A stretch of 64,000 bases of DNA, from NCBI GenBank assembly GCA_040756475.1, contig JBFLZB010000003.1:3965-67964 (forward strand). Reading direction: 5' to 3'. The notes under the pieces are model-generated. The model was not told the DNA's origin, ran no database searches, and saw nothing but the letters and a program-made list of their open reading frames with translations. This document shows positions 53,444 through 64,000 of this stretch, piece after piece. Every line of letters starts with the position of its first letter. The first letter of the stretch is position 1. The DNA comes from Thermodesulfobacteriota bacterium (GTDB lineage Bacteria; Desulfobacterota; Deferrisomatia; Deferrisomatales; JACRMM01). A program made the translations under genes and the position numbers.

Positions 53444-54820
53444 TCACCAGTTCTTCGCCAGGTATTCCAGGATCCGGTCGCTCTTCCCGTAGCCGAGCAC
53501 CCGCAGGGCGTTTCGCAGCTGGAGCGCGGTGGCGGCAAAGGGGAGGATGCCCACCCGGCGCTGGAAGAGCTCCCAGAGCTCCCCGCCCCGCTCGGAGCGG
53601 GGACCGCCCCCCACCCGCAGCAGGCTCTCGGCGGCAGAGGACAGGGCCTCGGGCCAGCGGGCGAGCACGTGGGGGTTGCCCTCGAGGAAGCGGGGCCAGT
53701 CCCGGTAGTGCTCCATGTCCTTGAGGACGAAGCTGTCCTCCAGGTACCGCCGGTAGCAGGAGAGGGTCGAGGCGGTGAAGTCCCCCGCGGCGTGAGCTGC
53801 CAGAGCCGCCCTTCCCGCCATCACGCCGGAGGCCATGGCGTAGTTCGATCCCTCGTGGTGGGGCGAGGTGCTCACGAGCCCCGCCGCGTCCCCCGCCAGG
53901 AGGAGCCCGTCCTTGTAGAGGATCGGGAGGGCGTCGTATCCGGTCTCGGGGATGAGGTGCGCGCCATACTCCAGGAGCTCCGCCCCCTCCACCAGGGGGG
54001 CTACGGCCGGGTGGGCCTTGAACCGGTCCAGGAGCTCCACGGGGCTCGCCGCCTGCTGCGCCAGGTCGGACGCGTAGACCACCACCCCCACCGAGAGGCT
54101 TTCCCGGTTCGTGTAGACGAACCCCGAGCCCCGCAGCCCCCCCGTGGCCTCCCCCAGGTACTCCCATGCGCTTCCCTGGTCGCCCCGAACCCCAAACCGC
54201 TCCTCGATCTTCTCCCGGGGAAGGCCCAGCACCTCCTTCACGCCCAGGGCCGCACGCCGGCTCGAAAGGGGCGGCCGAAGCCCCTCCGCCTCGGCCAGGA
54301 GGGAGCTGGCACCGTCGGCGACGACCACCACGGGGGCCTTGAGCCGCCCGCCTTCGGCGGACTCCCCCTCGGGCATGCGGACCTCCACCCCCACCACCCG
54401 GCCGCTGTCGTCCTTGAGGGTGCGGTCCACCACGACCCCGCTCACCACCTCGACCCCTTCGGCCTCGGCCCGGGAGGCAAACCAGCGGTCGAAGCGCGCC
54501 CGCAGGACGGTAAAGCTGTGGTTGTGGGGAGCTCGGTCCCAGGCCGCGGTGCGAAACGAGAGGGCCGTTTCCGCCTCGCCCGTGAGGACCGAGAGCCCCT
54601 TCTTCGCCACGTGGCGCTCCAGGGGGGCTCCCTCGGTCTGGAAGTCGGGCACGAGCTCGGCGAGGACGTCGGTGTAGAGCACCCCGCCCATCAGGCTCTT
54701 CGCGCCCGGGTAGGGCCCACGCTCCAGGAGTCCCACCCTGAGGCCCCCCCGGGCCATGGTGAGGGCCGCGCTCACCCCTGCCGGGCCCGCGCCGATGACG
54801 ATCGCGTCGAAGTCGCTCAC
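53444..54820 (-). CDS. fixC: FAD-dependent electron-transfer-flavoprotein:quinone oxidoreductase-like protein FixC
   Basis: V(GTG)SDFDAIVIGAGPAGVSAALTMARGGLRVGLLERG FAD fold and LLAGDAAG. The GTG overlaps the hemY stop (GTGA). Confidence 0.85.
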   Translation of the reverse strand: MSDFDAIVIGAGPAGVSAALTMARGGLRVGLLERGPYPGAKSLMGGVLYTDVLAELVPDFQTEGAPLERHVAKKGLSVLTGEAETALSFRTAAWDRAPHNHSFTVLRARFDRWFASRAEAEGVEVVSGVVVDRTLKDDSGRVVGVEVRMPEGESAEGGRLKAPVVVVADGASSLLAEAEGLRPPLSSRRAALGVKEVLGLPREKIEERFGVRGDQGSAWEYLGEATGGLRGSGFVYTNRESLSVGVVVYASDLAQQAASPVELLDRFKAHPAVAPLVEGAELLEYGAHLIPETGYDALPILYKDGLLLAGDAAGLVSTSPHHEGSNYAMASGVMAGRAALAAHAAGDFTASTLSCYRRYLEDSFVLKDMEHYRDWPRFLEGNPHVLARWPEALSSAAESLLRVGGGPRSERGGELWELFQRRVGILPFAATALQLRNALRVLGYGKSDRILEYLAKNW

Positions 54821-56256
54821 CCCGAGACCCCTTCCCCGCCGGCCGCCGCCGCCGTGCCGGGGGCCGCCAGGAGATCCGCCACCCGGGGCCCCAGGGCCGT
54901 CCCGTGTGCGGTGCAGTCGTTGATGCCGATGCCGTAGTAGGCGTTGCCCCCGAGAAAGAGGCCTCCCAGGGCCGCCACCCGGCCCTCGATCTCCTGGAGG
55001 CGGGCCGCGTGCCCCACCACGTACTGGGGGATCGCCCGGGCCCAGCGCACCACCCTGGCGAAGCAGGGCTCGGCGCGAATGCCGAGCGTCCAGGCGAGCT
55101 CGTCCTTCACCACTGCCAGGAGGTCCTCGTCGGAGAGGTTCACCAGCTCGGGGTTTCGCGCCCCCCCCACGATCTGGGTGAGGAGCACGCGGCCCTCGGG
55201 GGCGCGCCCCGCGAAGATGGAGGAGCTCCACAACGACCCCAGGATGCGGCGGCCCTCGGCCGAGGGGATGAGGAACCCGAAGCCGTCCAGGGGATGGGCC
55301 ACGTCCTCCCGGCGAAAGCCGGTGCACACCACCGCCGCGGGTACGTAGGGAACGGCGTAGAGGCGCTCCGCCAGGGCGGCGTCGTGCCCTCGCAGGAGTC
55401 TCGCGGCGTCGTAGGCGGGTGTGGCGAGTATCACCGCGTCGGCCCTCAACTCGCCGCCCGCCGTTCGCACCCTCCACCCGCCCCCGGGGTGCCGCTCCAG
55501 GGCCTCGGCTTCCGCGCCGGGGTGAAGCGACCCATCGGGCAGGCTCCGGGCGAGGGTCTCGATCAGCTCTCCCGCGCCCTCCTCCAGGCTCCAGAGCACG
55601 CCGCCGGGCCCCGCGCTCTGGGGACCCTGTACACCCATGGCCTTGGCCATCTTCTGCATGGCCAGCATGCCCTTCAGGAGCCCCCCGAACTGGGCCTCGA
55701 TCTGGGCCACCTTGGGAAAGCAGCTCCGAAGGCTCATCACGTTGGGGTCGCCCGCGTAGATGCCCGCGCTCATGGGGTCGATGAGCTTCTCCAGGGCCTC
55801 GTCCCCCAGGCGCCGGCGCACGAACGCCGCCACCGTCTCGTCCTCCCGGGCGTCCCCCTGGGGAAGCAGGAACTCCGCCGCGAGCCGTAGCTTCCCCCGG
55901 ATGGAGAGCAGGTCCGAGAGGAGGAAGCTCACCGGATCCTCGGGGAGCTGCTTGAGCTCACCCCCGGTGAAGACGAACCGCTTGCGGGCCTTGTCGTTGG
56001 ACTTGAGAAGTCGCGCCTCCGCGCCCAGGCGCCGGACCAGGGCCAGGGTGGAGGGCTTGTTGTCGAGGAACCCGTTGGGACCGTGCTCGCACAGGAAACC
56101 CTCGTCCCGGGTCGAGCGGATCTTTCCCCCCAGGTGAGGGTCCCGCTCCAGCAAGGTGAGCTCCGGGGTCGGCCCGCGCCGCCCGGTCTCGTCGAGCACC
56201 GCGCGCGCCGCCGCGAGCCCCGAGAGCCCTCCTCCCACGATCACCACGCGTCTCAT
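54817..56256 (-). CDS. hemY: protoporphyrinogen/coproporphyrinogen oxidase, HemY (FAD amine-oxidase) family
   Basis: MRRVVIVGGGLSGLAAA...LLERDPHLGGKIRS....GF..E.GPN.F and a C-terminal GGNAYYGIGINDC. Start at Met12 of the track ORF. Confidence 0.85.
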   Translation of the reverse strand: MRRVVIVGGGLSGLAAARAVLDETGRRGPTPELTLLERDPHLGGKIRSTRDEGFLCEHGPNGFLDNKPSTLALVRRLGAEARLLKSNDKARKRFVFTGGELKQLPEDPVSFLLSDLLSIRGKLRLAAEFLLPQGDAREDETVAAFVRRRLGDEALEKLIDPMSAGIYAGDPNVMSLRSCFPKVAQIEAQFGGLLKGMLAMQKMAKAMGVQGPQSAGPGGVLWSLEEGAGELIETLARSLPDGSLHPGAEAEALERHPGGGWRVRTAGGELRADAVILATPAYDAARLLRGHDAALAERLYAVPYVPAAVVCTGFRREDVAHPLDGFGFLIPSAEGRRILGSLWSSSIFAGRAPEGRVLLTQIVGGARNPELVNLSDEDLLAVVKDELAWTLGIRAEPCFARVVRWARAIPQYVVGHAARLQEIEGRVAALGGLFLGGNAYYGIGINDCTAHGTALGPRVADLLAAPGTAAAAGGEGVSG

Positions 56257-56359
56257 GTGCGCTCCGTCCTGGGCAACAGCGAGCGGCAAACATACGCGGC
56301 GCCCCCGCCCGGGTCAAGACGGCCTCACCGCCGACCGACGTCATCTCCGGCCCGCGGAT

Positions 56360-56409
56360 GGGAGCCGGCGAGACCGTCAGCAGCCCCGCGGTCCGGGTCG
56401 CCGGCTCCC
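56360..56409. other. long inverted repeat: GGGAGCCGGCGA ... TCGCCGGCTCCC (12 bp perfect) with inner GACCG/CGGTC pairs
   Basis: Read directly. Lies in the divergent region between hemY (start 56256, minus strand) and the PAS gene (plus strand). Confidence 0.8.
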
Positions 56410-56652
56410 ATCCCCCCCGGTTACGATTCGGAACCCGGTCCGGTACGCAGGGAGCGCTTCGGACGCGTTCTCGTCCTCCGGTGGGGAGCGGACGGGGCGA
56501 AGCGACGGGAGTGGGTGGTATGGAACCTGCATAGTCGGGGGCGTGCGGCATCTCGCCGGGGGAAGGCACGGAGGCCCTCTCAACCCTCGAAGTCCGCCCC
56601 ACCGGGCACCGGCGCGGGACGTGCCGATGCCGGGAAGGAAGGGTCTGGATTC

Positions 56653-57345
56653 GTGGACGCGGCCAGAACCGGAACACGCGCACGCGCCAAGCGATGCAGC
56701 GAAACCGAGTCCTCGCCAGAGCGTGGTCCTGAATCCCTCGGCGCCATCCTTCGCGCCTGGACCGCCACCCTGGACGCGATCGAGGACTTCATCTCCGTCC
56801 ACGACTGGGACTTCCGGATCGTGCGCGCCAACCGTGCCTTGGCGCGGCACCTGGGGTGCGAGCCGGCCCACCTGGTCGGCCAGCGCTGTCACTGGGTCTT
56901 CCACGGCACCGAGGAGCCCTGGCCCGGGTGCCCCCACGACAGGGCCCGCCGAACCGAGACCACCGCCACGGAGGAGATCCTCGATTCCTGCCTGGGCGTG
57001 CCCCTCCAGGTCCGGTGCTCGCCCTACTGCGACGAAGCCGGCCGGGCCGTGGGGACCGTCCACGTGGCGCGGGACATCACACAAGAGAGGCGGCGCGACG
57101 CCGAGCGCGAGGCCCTCATCGCCCGCCTCCAGGAGGCCCTCGCCCAGGCAAAGATCCTCGGAGGGCTCCTCCCGATTTGCTCCTCGTGCAAGAGGATTCG
57201 CGACGACCAGGGGTACTGGAACCAGATCGAGGCTTACATCGGGGAACGCTCCCACGCCGAGTTCACCCACGGCATCTGCCCCGAGTGCGCGCAGGAGCTC
57301 TACCCCCAGTGGGTCGGCCTGCGCAGGAGCCCCTCGCCCCGGTAA
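56653..57345 (+). CDS. PAS-domain protein with C-terminal Cys4 module (LPICSSCKRIRDD...THGICPEC)
   Basis: DAIEDFISVHDWDFRIVRANRALARHLG... PAS core, a coiled linker, then CxxC-x32-CxxC. The start is uncertain: GTG at 56653 is the first plausible in-frame start outside the hemY antisense region. Confidence 0.65.
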   Translation: MDAARTGTRARAKRCSETESSPERGPESLGAILRAWTATLDAIEDFISVHDWDFRIVRANRALARHLGCEPAHLVGQRCHWVFHGTEEPWPGCPHDRARRTETTATEEILDSCLGVPLQVRCSPYCDEAGRAVGTVHVARDITQERRRDAEREALIARLQEALAQAKILGGLLPICSSCKRIRDDQGYWNQIEAYIGERSHAEFTHGICPECAQELYPQWVGLRRSPSPR

Positions 57346-57551
57346 GGGCACCTCTCCCTTGCCAACCCGCCCTTCGAGGTTCGGTCCCAGCCTGGATCCG
57401 CCGCCTGGGTGGCGAGCGGGGTCCGGGAGTCCCTGCGCTCCGCCCCGAGGGACGACAGTCACCCCCTCCTGGAGGTGGCGCTGGCGGCCACACTTTGCCC
57501 TTTTCACAGGAGCGCCCGATGTTGTAGGGTGCGCAGTTCTTCTGAACCTTT

Positions 57552-57636
57552 GCGAGAGTGGCGGAACTGGCAGACGCACTGGACTTAGGATCCAGCGGGT
57601 TACACCGTGGGGGTTCGAGTCCCCCCTCTCGCACCA
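57552..57636 (+). tRNA. tRNA-Leu (anticodon TAG), CCA encoded
   Basis: Hand-folded. Acceptor GCGAGAG/CTCTCGC, anticodon stem CTGGA/TCCAG with loop CTTAGGA, long variable arm, T arm GGGGG-TTCGAGT-CCCCC. Confidence 0.9.
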
Positions 57637-57796
57637 TCTACATGCCATCCGGCGTGCGACCGGTTGGAGAGGAACCGCACGGCGGGACGCGCCGGCATCC
57701 GCTATTGTTCGCCGATCCCCTTTGCGATTCCGGCCGCGAGGGAGCGCCGAGCGGCACCGGCCCCAGCCCGTGACGAGAAGAGGAGACAGGGCACCC

Positions 57797-59110
57797 ATGA
57801 AAGCCCAGGTAGAATCCATCAGCCCGGTCAAACGCAAACTGACCATCCAGGTACCCCCGGAGGACGTCTCCCGGGAAGAGCAATCCCTGCTGCGCGAGCT
57901 GCGCTCCCGGACGACGGTACCGGGTTTCCGCAAGGGAAAGGCGCCCCCGCAGGTGATTCGTCGCATGTACGGCGATCGGATTCGCTCCGACGTGCTGGAA
58001 CGCCTCGTGGGAACGACCTTTCAGGATGCCGTGCGCCAGGAGAACCTGGTGCCGGTGTCCGACCCCGACATCGAGCTCCAGGACTATTCTCCCGACACGG
58101 GCATCGCCTACACCGTCGTCGTGGAGGTGCGACCCCAGGTCAAGGCCCGCGGATACACGGGGCTGCACCTAAAGAAGGAAAAGGTCGTCATCGCCGAACC
58201 CGAGGTGGAGGCCCGCCTCGAAGCCCTCCGCGCGCAGCGCACCACCTTCGAGCCCGCCCCCGAAGGGCACACCCTGGCCCGGGGGGACATGGTCGTGCTG
58301 GACTATCGGGGAACCATCGGCGGGGAGCCCTTCGAAGGAGGCCAGGCCCAGGACCGCACCATCGTCCTCGGCTCCGGCTCGCTCCTCCCCGGCTTCGAGG
58401 ACGGGCTCCTCGGGGCGGCGGCGGGAGAAGAACGAGAGGTCGACGCAACCTTTCCCGACGACCACCCGGTCGCGACCCTGGCGGGCAAGTCGGCCCGCTT
58501 CGAGGTCACGATCAAAGACGTCAAGATCGCCCGCCTGCCCGAGGTCGACGAGGAGTTCGCCAAGGAGGTGGCAGGGGTCGCTTCGGCGGAGGAGCTGCGG
58601 GAGCGGGTGCGCGACGTCATTGCCTCGGAGAAGAGGCGCCGCGCGGAGGATGGCTTTCGAGACCGGGTCATCAATGCCCTCCTCGACGCCAACCCCTTCG
58701 AGGTCCCGGAGACGCTCGTGCGCAACCAGCAGGCCTTCAGCCTCGATCGGATGCGACGGGATCTGAGCAGCCGGGGCATGGACCCCGAGGCCCTGGGGAT
58801 CGGCCGCGCCGAAGTGCAGGAAGTGCACCGGCGTGCCGCGGAGCACACGGTGCGCTGGGCGTTCCTGTTGCGGGCCATCGCCGAGGCCGAGGGCCTCACC
58901 GTCACCGACGAAGAAGTGGAAGAGCGCATTCGGGCGATCGCCCAAGCCGACGGCAGGCCATACGCGGCCGTGCACAAGTTCTTCGAGGAAGGCGACCGCC
59001 TCGACACCCTGCGCAGCCACCTCCTCGACGGCAAGGTCGTCGCCCACGTGGTGGCCGCTTCGACCGTGGACGAGGTGGTGGGCCTGGACCAGGAGGAGAT
59101 CGCCCCATGA
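57797..59110 (+). CDS. tig: trigger factor
   Basis: [20 protein letters not shown]......[10 protein letters not shown] ribosome-binding signature, with a central FKBP-like domain. 437 aa. Confidence 0.95.
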   Translation: MKAQVESISPVKRKLTIQVPPEDVSREEQSLLRELRSRTTVPGFRKGKAPPQVIRRMYGDRIRSDVLERLVGTTFQDAVRQENLVPVSDPDIELQDYSPDTGIAYTVVVEVRPQVKARGYTGLHLKKEKVVIAEPEVEARLEALRAQRTTFEPAPEGHTLARGDMVVLDYRGTIGGEPFEGGQAQDRTIVLGSGSLLPGFEDGLLGAAAGEEREVDATFPDDHPVATLAGKSARFEVTIKDVKIARLPEVDEEFAKEVAGVASAEELRERVRDVIASEKRRRAEDGFRDRVINALLDANPFEVPETLVRNQQAFSLDRMRRDLSSRGMDPEALGIGRAEVQEVHRRAAEHTVRWAFLLRAIAEAEGLTVTDEEVEERIRAIAQADGRPYAAVHKFFEEGDRLDTLRSHLLDGKVVAHVVAASTVDEVVGLDQEEIAP

Positions 59111-59739
59111 GCAGCCTCATTCCCTTCGTGGTCGAGAAGACCAGCCGGGGCGAGAGGTCCTACGACATCTACTCCCGCCTGCTCAAGGACCGGATCATCT
59201 TCCTCGGCTCGGCCATCGACGACAACGTGGCCAACGTGATCATCGCGCAGTTGCTCTTCCTGGAGTCCGAGGACCCCTCGGCCGACATCTACGTGTACGT
59301 GAACTCCCCCGGGGGGCTCGTCACCGCCGGCCTTGCGGTGTACGACACCATGCAGTACGTTCGCCCCGACGTGTGCACCATCTGCCTGGGCCAGGCTGCC
59401 AGCATGGGGGCCCTGCTCCTGGCGGCAGGCGCGAAGGGCAAGCGCTGGGCCCTGCCCCACTCGCGGATCATGATCCACCAGCCCCTGGGGGGGTTCCAGG
59501 GGCAGGCCACCGACATCGAGATCCACGCCCGCGAGATCCTGCGCCTGCGGCGTACCCTCAACGAGATCCTCGCCCGGCACAGCGGCAAGACGCTCGACAC
59601 GATCTCGGTGGACACGGAACGCGACTTCTTTATGGATGGAGAGCAGGCGCGGGCCTATGGTATTATCGACAAGGTCATCGAGAAACACGTAAGGATTGAG
59701 GGCGGAAACGTCATCCGCCCGGGAGAAGTCGCGGGGTGA
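59107..59739 (+). CDS. clpP: ATP-dependent Clp protease proteolytic subunit
   Basis: [19 protein letters not shown], the GQAASMGA active-site Ser and IMIHQP. ATGA overlap with tig. Confidence 0.95.
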   Translation: MSSLIPFVVEKTSRGERSYDIYSRLLKDRIIFLGSAIDDNVANVIIAQLLFLESEDPSADIYVYVNSPGGLVTAGLAVYDTMQYVRPDVCTICLGQAASMGALLLAAGAKGKRWALPHSRIMIHQPLGGFQGQATDIEIHAREILRLRRTLNEILARHSGKTLDTISVDTERDFFMDGEQARAYGIIDKVIEKHVRIEGGNVIRPGEVAG

Positions 59740-60995
59740 ATTCGAGAAAGGGCAAGGGCAGCGGCCTATACTGCTCGTTCTGCGGCAAGGGCCAGGAAGA
59801 AGTCCGAAAGCTCATCGCGGGTCCCACGGCCTACATCTGCGACGAGTGCATCACTCTCTGCAACGACATCATCGCCGAGGAAGCCGCCCCCCCGTCCTCC
59901 CTCGACGACAGCCTGCCGGCGCCGCCGGACATCAAGACCTTCCTCGACGACTACGTCATCGGCCAGGAGCGCGCCAAGCGGATCCTCTCCGTAGCCGTCT
60001 ACAACCACTACAAGCGCATCTATTCCCCGCCGCGCAACGCCGACGAGGTGGAGTTGGAGAAATCCAACATCCTGCTCATGGGCCCCACGGGGTGCGGCAA
60101 GACGCTGCTCGCCCAGAGCCTGGCGCGGGTGCTGCGCGTCCCCTTCGCGATGGCCGACGCCACGAGCCTTACCGAAGCCGGATACGTGGGCGAGGACGTG
60201 GAGAACATCATCCTGAGCCTTCTCCAGAACGCCGATTACGACGTGGAAAAGGCCCAGAAGGGCATCGTCTACATCGACGAGATCGACAAGATCGCCAAGA
60301 AGACCGAGGGCCCCAGCATCACCCGGGACGTGAGCGGCGAAGGGGTACAGCAGGCACTGCTGAAGATCCTGGAAGGCACCGTGGCCAGCGTGCCCCCCAA
60401 GGGAGGGCGCAAGCACCCCCAGCAGGACTACATCAAGGTCGACACGCGCAACATCCTGTTCGTCTGCGGCGGAGCCTTCGTGGGCCTCGAAGACATCGTG
60501 GAGCAGCGCCTGGGATCCAAGAGCATCGGCTTTGGGGCAGACGTGAAGAGCCGCAGGCAGAAGCGCGAAGAGGGCGTGCTCTCCCAGGCCCAGCCCCAGG
60601 ACCTGATCCGCTTCGGCATGATTCCCGAGTTCGTGGGGCGCCTGCCCATTCACGCTGCCCTGGAGGAACTGGACGAGGCGGCCTTGGTGCGCATCCTCAA
60701 GGAGCCCAAGAACGCCCTCGTGAAGCAGTACCGCAAACTATTCGACATGGAAGGCGTCACCCTCTCCTTCACGGACGGCTCCCTCAAGGCGGTCGCCCGG
60801 GAGGCCTCGCGCCGCAACACCGGCGCTCGGGGCCTGCGGGCCATCCTCGAGTCCGTGATGCTCGACCTCATGTACGACATCCCCTCCCAGAAGAACGTGG
60901 AGGAGGTGATCGTCAACGAGGACGTCATCAACACCGGGGAGTCCCCCATCATTCTCTACAGCGGCCAGGATACCGGGCGCGTCGGCACCGGCTGA
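59736..60995 (+). CDS. clpX: ATP-dependent Clp protease ATP-binding subunit ClpX
   Basis: CSFCGK....KLIAGP...ICDEC zinc-binding domain, GPTGCGKT Walker A and IVYIDEIDK Walker B. The GTG start overlaps the clpP stop. Confidence 0.95.
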   Translation: MNSRKGKGSGLYCSFCGKGQEEVRKLIAGPTAYICDECITLCNDIIAEEAAPPSSLDDSLPAPPDIKTFLDDYVIGQERAKRILSVAVYNHYKRIYSPPRNADEVELEKSNILLMGPTGCGKTLLAQSLARVLRVPFAMADATSLTEAGYVGEDVENIILSLLQNADYDVEKAQKGIVYIDEIDKIAKKTEGPSITRDVSGEGVQQALLKILEGTVASVPPKGGRKHPQQDYIKVDTRNILFVCGGAFVGLEDIVEQRLGSKSIGFGADVKSRRQKREEGVLSQAQPQDLIRFGMIPEFVGRLPIHAALEELDEAALVRILKEPKNALVKQYRKLFDMEGVTLSFTDGSLKAVAREASRRNTGARGLRAILESVMLDLMYDIPSQKNVEEVIVNEDVINTGESPIILYSGQDTGRVGTG

Positions 60996-61013
60996 GGCCG
61001 GAGAAATACCCCC

Positions 61014-63476
<2,463 letters not shown>

Positions 63477-63485
63477 AAAAGAGCC

Positions 63486-63515
63486 TTGACAGCCTTCGGG
63501 CCCGGTTGCTATAAG
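63486..63515 (+). promoter_or_regulatory. candidate sigma-70 promoter of the HU gene (TTGACA-N18-TATAAG)
   Basis: ccTTGACAgccttcgggcccggttgcTATAAGac, read directly. Followed by an AAGGAGGG SD at 63541 and the GTG start at 63554. Confidence 0.5.
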
Positions 63516-63553
63516 ACGGCCTCACTCTGCGACCCGATTCAAGGAGGGATACC

Positions 63554-63823
63554 GTGACAAAGGCGGAACTCATCGAGGTCATGGCGGCCCGGGCCAACAC
63601 CTCCAAGGCTGCCGCCAAGCGGTTCCTGGGAGCCTTCACCGACGCCGTTTCCGACGCCCTGAAGAAGGGCGACAAGGTGACCCTCGTGGGGTTCGGGACT
63701 TTCAGCGTCACGGAGCGCAAGGCCCGCAAGGGACGCAATCCCCAGACGGGCAAAGAGATCAAGATCGCCGCCAGCAAGGCGCCGAAGTTCAAGGCGGGCA
63801 AAGGCCTCAAGGACAGGGTCTAG
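63554..63823 (+). CDS. hup: HU-family DNA-binding protein
   Basis: [10 protein letters not shown]......KA.A.......T.A....[29 protein letters not shown] is the canonical HU/IHF pattern. 89 aa. Confidence 0.92.
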   Translation: MTKAELIEVMAARANTSKAAAKRFLGAFTDAVSDALKKGDKVTLVGFGTFSVTERKARKGRNPQTGKEIKIAASKAPKFKAGKGLKDRV

Positions 63824-63838
63824 GCCCCAGCCCACTTT

Positions 63839-63914
63839 GGGCGGATAGCTCAGCTGGAAGAGCGCCGGCCTTACAAGCCGGAGGTCGCAGGTTCGAGCCC
63901 TGTTCCGCCTACCA
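63839..63914 (+). tRNA. tRNA-Val (anticodon TAC), CCA encoded
   Basis: Hand-folded. Acceptor GGGCGGA/TCCGCCT (G1:U72), D arm GCTC-AGCTGGAA-GAGC, anticodon stem CCGGC/GCCGG with loop CTTACAA, T arm GCAGG-TTCGAGC-CCTGT. Confidence 0.9.
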
Positions 63915-63935
63915 AGAAAGCGAGAAGCCCTTTGC

Positions 63936-64000
<65 letters not shown>

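Noticed and set aside
57480-57551. A promoter for tRNA-Leu (TTCACA-N16-TAGGGT).
   Set aside because: It matches the consensus poorly and has no supporting features.

Overview
High-GC bacterial chromosome segment (about 70% G+C in hand-sampled stretches). Gene content suggests an anaerobic Desulfobacterota/deltaproteobacterium-like organism (tungsten AOR, NfnAB-type oxidoreductase, FixCX, LarBCE); this is an inference. Layout: 0-15 kb holds a nucleotide-sugar/EPS block (WbpO/WbpP-like pair, UDP-GlcA epimerase, PGM/PMM, Ugd, UDP-xylose synthase, GalE, a 1258-aa Wza/SLBB exporter) plus CoaBC and small enzymes. 15.5-21.4 kb holds tyrA, a MoaD-like protein, aor and larC(short)-larB-larE. 21.7-26.8 kb holds methyltransferases, a LysM/TPR lipoprotein and a GNAT. 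26.8-39.3 kb holds a type VI secretion operon, tssA-tssB-tssC-hcp-tagJ-tssE-tssF-tssG-clpV, with no tssJ/K/L/M, vgrG or PAAR anywhere in the window. This operon ends in a compositionally foreign two-gene cassette (about 50-65% G+C) of proteins I cannot assign to a family. One is 185 aa with a closely spaced GGC...H dyad reminiscent of CNF1/BLF1 deamidases; the other is 268 aa with a HEMRH zincin motif. The cassette is my best candidate for an undescribed effector system. 39.4-48.8 kb holds a PEP-CTERM-type glycosyltransferase + AsnB, nfnAB, tgt, a sigma-54 activator and a Zn-ribbon response regulator. 48.8-56.3 kb holds polA, a DUF2914-like protein, hemB and translationally coupled hemY-fixC-fixX. 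56.6-64 kb holds a PAS/Cys4 protein, tRNA-Leu, tig-clpP-clpX-lon, HU, tRNA-Val and tRNA-Asp (cut by the window edge). A second window-wide signal is a set of at least 13 arrays of tandem 7-nt (also 6- and 11-nt) repeats sitting exactly at gene boundaries. I saw no CRISPR array, rRNA, transposase or integrase. Many long ORFs in the track are off-frame or antisense artefacts of the high G+C.
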